A stretch of 64,000 nucleotides of DNA from Epiperipatus broadwayi (lineage: Eukaryota > Animalia > Onychophora), in the NCBI GenBank assembly GCA_028023455.1, contig JAQFVV010000007.1, forward strand, positions 13,826,001 to 13,890,000. The letters run 5' to 3'. Each line of letters opens with the position of its first letter. The stretch's first letter is position 1. Both the position numbers and the translations under genes were made by a program. The notes under the pieces were generated by a model. It ran no database searches, was not told the DNA's origin, and saw only the letters and a program-made list of their open reading frames with translations. Below are positions 53,521-64,000 of this stretch, one piece after another.

Positions 53521-56500
53521 TCCATGGATCACAAATTCAGTTTTGTCACTTCTGGTCCTCTAATTTCATATAAATTATCAAGCAATAAATTTTTTTTTTT
53601 AATTAATATAAATTATCAAGCAATAAAAGTATACTAATCTAGTATCTGAATTTAGTAAGAACTTATAATCAAGCAAAAAAAAAAAATTAAACTGCAATTT
53701 TTACATTAACTTTTATAAACAAAGAAATAAATATGTGTATTTTATAAAGCCATTGAGAAATAGAGGCACAAATTCTGCTTGTTTGATATGATAACAAACC
53801 TTGCACCAGATTTTTTGTGTTTTAAATACAAAACATGATCTATAATTTCAGTTGCTGTGTTGAAACTAAGATTTACATTTATAATTTGAAATGGATATAT
53901 AGTTGTATTATAAGTTACTTTGAAGGACCTGTGCAATTTGATCATTGGAGAAATAGGCTGAATCCATTCAAATGCTAATATGAGAGTTTTTTATTATCCT
54001 CAGTTGGGAATTGATTCAAAATCTTTTAATATTTAGAATCTGTCACTGCTATAAATAAACTCAATCAAGTGGTTTGTTCATAACCCACACATAACTCACA
54101 GCATGCAATGATTAAAAATATCTCTTGAATATTATTAATAAATTTTGAATAATATTTTTAGATAGTTTTTCTTCTCTAATTTTCTAAATTTTGCTTTGTG
54201 GATATTAATAAAAAATTACATTTTCTTTATGTGAAATTATGAGTTGTAGTATAAATATTAGTATCAATTTTTTATTTGAGTTTTATTTTATATTTAAAAT
54301 ATTTTGTTTGCTATCATTAGTTAAGAGGAATGGACCGTTGGGAATTTAGATAATAGTTTATTTCAAACACTTGCCTGTAAATATTGGAAAAATTTGAGTT
54401 TCATCCATCATTCTTTGATTCCCTTTAGCTAAAAAGAGACGTATTTTATACGTAAGCAAACTGTTTAATTTTTTTTAATATAATAAGAAAATAGCTTTTC
54501 ACCAGAAAAATAACATCTTAAAACATTTTCATTATATAATAAAATTTAATTATAATAGAAAAATGTGTATAATTATTAAACACACACACTTATATATAAG
54601 TAATATATCTATGATATACACTATTCTGGTGAAAAGATGACTGTTCTATCTCCAATATGTCTACAAACCCATAAGTAAATCAATAAATGTGTTAGTTTAG
54701 TTATATATCACAAAAAAATTTAAAGTGCTACTATATCTGAATCATGTGTTATGACATGAAATAAGATTGTTTTATATTTTAGCCCATAATGAAACAATGT
54801 GCTAACGTTAAATTTTGTTTTTGATTGGACAAAATTGCTACTGAATTGTTTAAGTAATTTAAACTGTGTGTGTCACAAAAGCAAAGAGTTGCAAGAAAAT
54901 TTACAAAAAAATTGTAAGATTTAGTTATGGCAGGGAGAGTCTAGAAAATGACTTATTGGTTTACAAAACCCATTGTCATTTTTTGGTCATAGTTGGTGAT
55001 CCAGACAAAAATAGAATCTTAAAAGTTTTGTGATAGGTAGTTAGATACATTATATCACTATATAATGTGTTGAATTAGAGATTGTGTGGCAGAAAGCTCA
55101 AAAGGACAACTAGTCATCTTTTCATTGGGTCATAGTAGGCATATCAAAATGTCATTAAAAATAAATAACAAAGTTGGTCCATCAACTATATACATGCATG
55201 TAAATGAATAAAAACCCAGTCACTTAAATCAGTGGCATTAAAAAAGAAACTAGTTCATCTGTTGAATAAAGTAATACATTTCTATAGTCTAGAAGCTGAG
55301 GGAGCTGGTGTTATATTATATGCTCACCTGATGATGCTTTTAATATGGGATGAAATGCAATATGGTATTAAATGTAGCAAATTGTTTTATTCTTTGGTAT
55401 GGGTGGCTATTTATGTCCATGTATAAGTTTGTGTATAGTTTGATTAATCAGCTTTGTTACATACTCCTAAACATGTTTTTACATATATCTTGAGTATATG
55501 CCATATATCAAAGTAAGGGAAGTAAATGGCTATATTAATCATTTATTAAAAGTATTTAGTTTTATCAACATCTTCACACTCTCAAACTAAGATGCTTCAG
55601 ATTGGTCTATATAATTAGAATATAGTTTTAAAAATAAGATAACTGCTCTTATCTTTTCAGAAGTCTTTATTTTGTGTTTGAGTTTGAAAGTATACTCAGT
55701 ATGACATAGTTAAGTGATTATAAGATATGTACAGCACATATATTTATGATGAAAATCCTGTCTCTTTAATGACTTGTCATTTATAAGTTATAATTTGTAT
55801 ATTGAATTACATTCTCTTAATGGTTTAGTGATAGAAGATTAGATTCTGGAGCATAAAGTCCTCAAATCAATTCAGTCACTTTTGATGTTCAAACCTTTTA
55901 TAAACTTTCTGATTATTGTTATTACTATTATTATTGTCATCACCAACAACAGCTACATCACATTTTAAAGGACTTTATTTTATTATAATAAAAGGTGGTT
56001 ACAGTTTTTTATTAGAAGTAGCTGTGGTCAACAACAAAAAAACTAAGTGGTACTTAGTTGTACTAATACCATTGGTAAACAAGGCTAATACAAATTTTGA
56101 TTACAGAAATTAAAATGACCTGCAGGTGATTCATAGAAGTCATTAGTTACATTTGTGGTTATTGTTAATATTGTTGACATGATTGGCTTTCACAGACAAG
56201 CAACAAACCAAATAGTTTTTCCTTTGCACTTGTTGATTTTGGAGGTTATGTCATGTTACATGCTCAAATTTACACTAGCACCAGGACATTAATGCATCTA
56301 ACATGCACAAGTTATCATGTTAATAAATATATTTAGTTATCATGTTAATGTATATCTTTAATTCTTTTATTTTCTGCCTTTTTGTTGTATTTTTTTAGCT
56401 TGTTGGTATATGGATGTGTCTCAAGTGAAAGTATAGCTTATTCATTAAAATGAGTATGTTGTGTGAGTACCACTCCATATGACTGAAATAAAGCCTTTTC

Positions 56501-57191
56501 AAAGGTATCAATGATGTTATTAATAGTGAATGTATTGTTTTTTTAGAATTGCTTGGATAATATTATAGATACTATCTTGCTTAGGTCAGATATGAAAAAT
56601 ATGATAACTGTGTTTCTGTTTTCTTATGACACAGCATACATGAATCTTTAGAATGTTGATAATTTATTTTAACTAAACCTAAGAAAATTTATATTAGAGC
56701 TCCTTATCTGTAAGAAAACTAATTTGATTCCAGTGACTAATTTATATATTTTTGGCAAAATGTATTGTTATGGATGTGTAATTTGGTCTCTACTATGGGA
56801 ATTATGGAAGAATATAGAAATGAGTAGATCTCACAGTATTGTATTTATTTGGAGAGGGTGTAGATCTACAGTCTTTGAATATTGAATAGGGTTTCAATCA
56901 GAACTTTTCACTAACCATTATGGGAGATACCTGATGAGTTGGCATGATTTAACTGCATGCATATGATTTGAAAAATTCATTGCATTTGTGGAGATTACAT
57001 AGTTTTTTGTACTCTAAACATATGTTGTCTATATAGATCAAATATTTTTATGTCAAGGGACAATTGTCACTGTTTTCTTATTCCAGAGCAGTTTTCTCCA
57101 ACATAGGGTATACTTGATTAGTAAATGCGTTGATGAAAATTATAATGGAGTTATAATAAACAACTTTGGTGACTGCTTGTTTGTTAAATAA

Positions 57192-57374
<183 letters not shown>

Positions 57375-60300
57375 TTAGAAGTGTTGGATGGTAGTCTACA
57401 TCAGTAAACATATTGAATTACATTGCTTTTTGCTGTTACTCATTTTTGATTTTGTTATTCATTGGTGTCCCTCCTGCAATGTTTCAATAATATTCTGTTA
57501 TCATCTTTGTTTACTAGTCATAAGTTTTATATATTTGTTCAGCTGTGTGAAAATCCATATTTCATATTGTTTTTTTTTAGGTTTTGATGGAAGTCTGTGC
57601 TTATATAATGATTAGATTTGCATGCTCCTATAAATTGGCTTGTGATTTTAATAATGACCAGGTGGCTGCATAGATATCTGGATCACAATCTTTGCATCTC
57701 TGCTCCTTATTTGTTGCAGCTTGTTCTGGATGCCTTCTGGTGTATTTCTGAAGCTGAAGATACAATCTGTGTACCAATATGCATAAAGCCCAAAAATTGC
57801 TGCTCTTGCTATAGGGATTGCCTTTTTGTGTGTAAAATCTGTTAGCTGCTGTATGGTTTGTCTTGTTCTGTATAGATTTAGCATATTGTTTTATGTAATA
57901 TTTAGTGCTGTACAGTTGTAAAATATGTGTTGTTGGGTTTCTTCAGCAGCATGGCACAGGTTGCAGAATAGGTCTATTGACCTATAAAGATGACAGTATT
58001 ATAAAAAATAAAAGTTGGTAGCGCAAACAGGTTCAGCTTGATCAAGAAGTGAGAGAACTTTGGTTCCATGGACCATTTTTTAAAGTTTTTAAGGATATTG
58101 TTGTTAATTACTCCCAGCATTGGGCTAAAGGTGTGGTTGTTTGTGGCTAGGTAGATCAACTCATATGTCTGCCATTATGTGTATTTGCTGTCAAAGGTGA
58201 GTGTTGTAGTTCCAACATTGATTTGTGTGGAGTGTGCTAATAAATCCAGATATCCATAGGTGGAGGGAGTGGACAACCTGTAAGGATTATTTTGAGGAGG
58301 CTTTGTAGCTGCTGAAATCATGCAGTGATCTTTGCCAATAAATTTGTTGTTTTTTTGTATGGTACACATGTATAGTGTGTAGCCCCAGACCATTCCATAT
58401 AGTTGGTTGGCTGAGTTGCTTGATTGATATGGCTACAGTTTTCCTCCCACATTGTAGTTTGTTACAGAGTGATATTGCCACTGTAAAAATTTTTGTAAAG
58501 TTGACAATAGGTGAGAAATATGCAATTCTCATTGTTATGAGTATGTTAAGAATGCATTTGATAAAAATGTGGCTATGTTTGTTGCTTTCTGTTTGAGCTT
58601 ATTTTGCAGTGTTTGTCTCATTCCTTGAGCTCACAGGTAAAATGGAAATTCAGGAAATGGAGTAGGTTTTCGTTGATATAGCTGTGTTTAGAGTTTGTTA
58701 ATATAGATGAACCACACTGATGATTTGGCTAGGCTGAATTGCAGTTTATGTGTTTCTGTGTACTTTTGTAATATTCTTTCTAATACTGGCATTACTTTCC
58801 GTCATGTTAGAAATACTGTCATGTCATCCATATATGCAATACAGGAAATATATTGGGCTGTTCAGAGTAATAGTAATCCTGGCAACTCATTTTCAATCTG
58901 TTTTAAGAATGGATTTATATATAGAATAAACAGCAGTGCACTGAGTGGGGATCCTTGTGAAATTTATTGCGTAGAAGTAAACACTGTTGTATTTCTGCCA
59001 CTAAGAATGAGGTGTATCTCTCTGTTGAGTAAGAGTTTTGCATTGATGTGTAATAGGGTGGGTGGAATTGCTATATTCACAAGCATATCCATTACAACAT
59101 CTATTGCAACAGAATCAAATGCTGCCTTTATATCCAGTTGAATTGCAATGGATGAATACATTTTACTTTGCTGCACCATGCTTTATATCATTTTAAATAC
59201 AAGTGTAGCTTGTTTAGTGGATGATCCCTCTTTACATACTGCATGTTTGACATCAAGGGCAGTATGTATGTTTCTATTTTATCTTTGACTACTTTTCCAA
59301 TAATTTGATTCCCTTAGGACCCATGGAGATGGGTCAAAGGTTGTTGAAATTTGAAATGACTGTTGCTTTTTTGTTAAATGTACTATTGCTATTGGACATA
59401 ATCCTCTAGTGTTGTATATTTTTGTGATAAAAAGTTAGCAAGGTTGCAAAGATATTCTGTGTTAAATTGGCTCAAATGTGAAAGGGTAAATAGGGGTATG
59501 CCACTGATCCCCAGTTGTCAAGTAGTTGGGAATTTTTTAACCTTTCATCAAATTGTTGGATCTGGAATGGCTTATCTGTTTCAGGCATTCCAGACTGATA
59601 GATGGTTAGTTTGTATTGTTTATATGTTTGGAGCTTTTGCTTAAAATATTGGTATATGGAGTCTAACATGTTCTGACCTATATAGATATGCCACTTATCT
59701 CAATTGCCATGGACACTTTTGTGGTTGATGGATAACCTAGTGCCCATCATATATATCCATGTGTCCATGGGTGTTATTGTGTGAGGCATATTTTCTTTCT
59801 CTTTGTGGCAGTGTATTTTTAGAGGGCATTGTGCATGGGTCTGGCAATGGTGATTCTCTTGTGGAGATTGTCTGCTAGTGCCATCAATCGGGAGGGTGAG
59901 TGTCTTGTCATGTGATGTATGTTGAAAGATAGTGTCTGTTGATGAATGACTTTTGAATTGGATCTTGGGGGATATCTTTAATTTTGTTTATCATTATGTA
60001 GGCTTCTGAGAATAAGAATTCAGTAGTGGTTGTTGCAAGTATGAGTCTGATTGCTTTTTTGAGATGAGTAAATGTTGACTGGAGCTCTGAGAAATTTATT
60101 GTAATAGTTTATTCAACATGGTCTGAAAATATGCATGGATTGTATTGGAAGTTGATCAGGTATTGAAGCATTGGTGTGTAGTAGCAAAGCTCAATGAGTG
60201 TGGCATGCTGTTGCTTATAGAATGATATTGAATTTGTTGCAACAAAGCCTTGAGCACTCATGAGTGGCAGGTTTAATTGATGTTACCATTTTATATTGAA

Positions 60301-62660
60301 TTTTTTATAGTTTAAGTTGAAACCCCCATTAACATTGTTGGGTTGTGGCTGGTTGTGAGCTGGGTGTTTATTATGAGAATTATATCTGCTATTATGCTGG
60401 GACCTGGGGGTGAATCCACAAAAATAATATTGAGTTTGGTAATTTAATGCTTGAATGTAGTGATTAGGAGATGTGAGTCAATGTAAATAATTTTGAAAGT
60501 TGAAAAGTTGCAATTTGAGGCTATGAGTATGCCTAAGCCAGCTGAAGGTGATGATGTGTCCCTGGAGTATGTGAAAAAAACCTTGATTATATAGGTATGT
60601 GGCTGGATTAATTTATGAACCATTGTAGATCTTGTTTCTAGTTGTCCTCATATTTGTGGTTGTATGATGCTAATCCATTTGTTAAGCTGGTATATTTTTG
60701 CTATTGAGTTAATGGCTCTGACATTCAGTGCAGCTATTTCAATTTTCATTAACTATGTAGCTGGAATTGGTTTGTATTCTTTCTTGTGGTTGCTTTGGGG
60801 ATTTACATTGTATATTTTTGCAGACTTGATTTATTTCTGCTTGTTTTTGGTCTGTTTTGTTTGCTTCTGTATCAGTGTTCTGGTTGGTTTTTATATTGAT
60901 TGTTTGTTGGTTTTGTGCTTCTTCAATTTATGATGTAGTGTTTATTAGATGGTTTTCCAATAGATTTATAATAGTTTCCATTGGACATGAAGTCTTCATT
61001 TATATTATCAATGATTGATGAATTAGATTTATCATCATCAGTCTTTGCTTTTTTAGCTAGCTTTTTTCTCCTATGTCTCCCAGGCCTTCTCTTGCTTTCT
61101 AGTTGGATTGGATTGGATTTGTCAGTTGCATTATTGTGATAGGGCTTCTTGGTCATAGCAGTGCCTCCATAATTTCTATGGTTGTCTTATTAATAATAGT
61201 GTGTTGTATGTTTTTTCTGTTCCACAGTCAAACCCTGGAATATATGCATTTGTTTTACTTGTTGAGTTATTTTTTGTTTGGTTTCTATTTTGTTTTTGAT
61301 CATGTTCCTTGTTTTGGGTTTTTGTTGTTTTTTCTGTGAATAAATCTATAAGATCTAAGCTTGGTATCTCTGCTTTATTGCTATTGTTATTTTTTGTGTG
61401 ATTTGTGAACTGCTATCCTTGGCAATAGTTATTTATTTTTCTGTTTGCATGGTAGTGTTGAAATTTTGTTGTTTTAGTATGTGTTTGTTTTGATTTTTGG
61501 TTAAGTTCTGGTGGTTTGAGCATTGTGCAGCGATGTGTTCTCTTTGTTTACATGAATAACATTGTGGTTTCATACCTCTAATATATAGAGTGAGAATTGC
61601 TTCCTGATCCAGGATCTGTGTTGATATATTATCTGGATCAGTATCTGGATGTAGTTATATTCTGAACTCATAAGAGTTACTCGCAATTGGTATTAGTGTG
61701 TCTTTCCAGTATACTGTTTTGAACATAATGACCTTGCCAAATGGTTTAATCATTCTTTGGAAGTCTTGCTCTGTGTATCCCAGATATGTGTTCTTAATGA
61801 TTTCTGAAATGGTATTGTCATAATTCTGGTCCATAGTGATCAGTGCAAAGTTACCCAATGATTTGACTTGTCTTTGAAAACTCTCCATTTGTGTGATTTC
61901 ATAAAATTCCAGTATTAGGTACCAGTCATGTGTTTGTCAATTTGTTGTATGGTGTCCCAGAATCCATTTAATGTTATTGCCTCTTACAGCAACACTTTTG
62001 GAAATTTGTGTAAATGATATTTTGCTATCTATGACAACGCCATGGACTTGGGAGAAAAAATCTTTTGAATGTTGCAAATAGATGTTTTGATATGAATTTA
62101 TTGAACAATTCAGTTGTGATATTCAAGTTTTCTTTATTCCAGACAATTTCTGGTGGATTTTGACTTTCCTATTTTCCAATTTCTAAATTATTTATGTCAC
62201 TATCGGTTGGTTTTCTATATCTGGGATTGATTTATTGAGAGGTGGTTGCATTGCTTTTTTTAATCTCTTTGCTCATATCTGAGCTAAATTGACTTTGATT
62301 TTTTGTTAGAATAAATGATTTTTTTAATATTTTCCTTTGACAAGTTTGCAAACGTTGGCTTGGTTTTTTTTATTGCTTTCATTGATGTTTTTGCTGCCCT
62401 TTAATTAAAGTCATGTGACCTTTGAGCCACCATGCTTGTGTTGATAATTTTGTAATATTTGTTTTTAATTCAAAAATTATCAATTAAACTCTGCTTATTT
62501 TTTTTTTTGTTAGTTGATTTCAATTAAATCAATATTACAAATTTTGATGTTTTATATATATATATTTTGTTGCTGATATTTTTAATAGCTTTTTAATGGT
62601 TTGAATGTGGAAGATTTACCTGGTCTGTGCTTTCCAAGGTCTAAAGCGCCATCTATTGTT
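57375..62660 (-). mobile_element. Apparently full-length decayed L1/Tx1-like LINE (copy H)
   Basis: ORF1: QDFQRMIKPFGKVIMFKTVYWKDTLIPIASNSYEFRI. ORF2 starts at about 60.6 kb, with RT AIQLDIKAAFDSV, SQGSPLSALLFILYINP and CIAYMDDMTVFL, and C-terminal AAIFGLYAYWYTDCIFSF. AAT-type tracts flank both sides (57193-57374 and 62662-62686). Confidence 0.9.
62645..62658 (-). promoter_or_regulatory. YY1/CTCF-like motif (CAATAGATGGCGCT) at the inferred 5' tip of L1 copy H
   Basis: It lies a few nt inside the (AAT)n flank in element sense and retains its CpG. Confidence 0.45.
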
Positions 62661-64000
62661 ACTATTATTATTATTATTGTTATTATATTTCTTTAAGTGG
62701 AATCTCCTAATGTTAACAACTGAATATAATACTAAATTTGTGACATACATATATTTTGTTAAATTTTAATTTTTTCTACTCCTCAGATAGAATCATACAT
62801 TTCTAATTTAAATATTAAATTATATAGTAGTAGGATGTGATGGAGGAAACTGATATTAATCTCTAGGATCATCTGGTAAGATCTCCACTGGGAGATAAAA
62901 TACTTCACAATGATGAGATAGTTATTGGTTTTGTCTATGCATCAATATGGGTGATTAGCAATTTATTTATTGACATGAGTGTGTAACTTGAGCACCCTAC
63001 TTTGTTAAATAATAAAGTATGGTAATTAATCAAATATAGTGTAAAACTAATATATATTCAAATGTTTTAATTCACATGATATTGCAACTGATCATTAGGT
63101 TTTTTATGCCACTCATCATTTACTGTAGGGGGAGAATGAGGCCTAGAGCTCAAAATTTATGGAAGTCCAGCTCTAGCAATATCACTTCCATTATTCTAAC
63201 ATTTGATTATTTTATACTGTATGGTTTAGTGCAATAAGTAGGTTTTGTGTTTTAAGTTATGTGAATTGCAGTTCATCTTAATCACTTTAAGTGCTCAAGC
63301 TTCATGAAAATTTTCACTTGAACCATGAGCAATGAATTAATTATTTGTTCTGTGGAATTTGCTGTGAGACCGTAGCCCAGTTTTGTCTCTTCTGATGCAT
63401 AAACATTTTAAAATTCCTGACAACAAACCATTTGAATATTTCTTTTATTTTGACATCAAAATATTATTTCAAATTGTGCAAAGGGAGGCAGAAAGAAAAT
63501 TCTCCTTTTCTACTCTATTGCACAGTTTGTACTTGTCCATTGTGTCATTCAATTGATCATCAAAACTTGAGACTGATGGGACATTATCTAACTCTCAATT
63601 ATTTACAAATCTACAGTTTTGATTCTTAAAAGAAGAGTTATAGAGAGATTGCAAACAATACCATAAAATATGAATAGTTAATTTAGCATGAAGGTATTAA
63701 AAGAAAAAGCTTGGATCAGAATACATACAAGTAGCAGTAACAATGTCAAAACAATGAGAAGGGTGAAATATAACAGATCTAAAACATACATTGATAAAGA
63801 AATGACTCTTGATTGAGAAATTAAAATCTTAAACTGCATTCCAGAAATTATTAAAAAAAAACTAGAATCTGGTCACATGTGAAATAAATAAGAAGAAAAA
63901 GAATACGTGTTAAAATGCTGTGAATATAAAGAATCTAAGAATTGAAAGAACTTCAATAAATTCAAAGAGATCATCCTCCAGTGAACAAATAATACAATAA

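Noticed and set aside
63432-64000. CPLCHSIDH knuckle-like text and K/E-rich frames at the window end
   Set aside because: It could be another LINE fragment, but no diagnostic APE or RT motif is visible before the window ends.

Overview
This is a very AT-rich (roughly a quarter G+C), strongly CpG-depleted, repeat-dominated stretch of eukaryotic nuclear DNA. It is probably from a bilaterian animal, inferred from a metazoan-type tRNA-Gly and CTCF/YY1-like motifs, but the taxon cannot be fixed from the sequence. I found no intact protein-coding gene. Most ORF-track entries are microsatellite read-throughs or pieces of decayed retroelements. Mobile elements: eight decayed L1/Tx1-like LINE copies (two near full length) tied to (AAT)n/(AAC)n/(CAT)n tracts, one CR1/Jockey-group LINE, an RTE-like 3' remnant, two Penelope-like elements (PLEs), a possible RLE-type LINE remnant and a decayed Tc1/mariner. 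Also present are a tRNA-Gly(TCC) pseudogene, several local duplications and palindromes, one CpG-retaining island at about 18.7-20.9 kb, and several stop-interrupted exon-like remnants. The two most interesting signals are: (i) a dispersed family carrying a minimal hammerhead-ribozyme fold, present as a 456-bp tandem and as two snap-back inversions, with the ribozyme antisense to the adjoining PLE reverse transcriptase; (ii) L1/Tx1 copies that end in, and start directly after, AAT/AAC microsatellites and stack head-to-tail. All translations, alignments, counts and folds were done by eye. Element boundaries are approximate and family calls need HMM or Repbase/Dfam confirmation.
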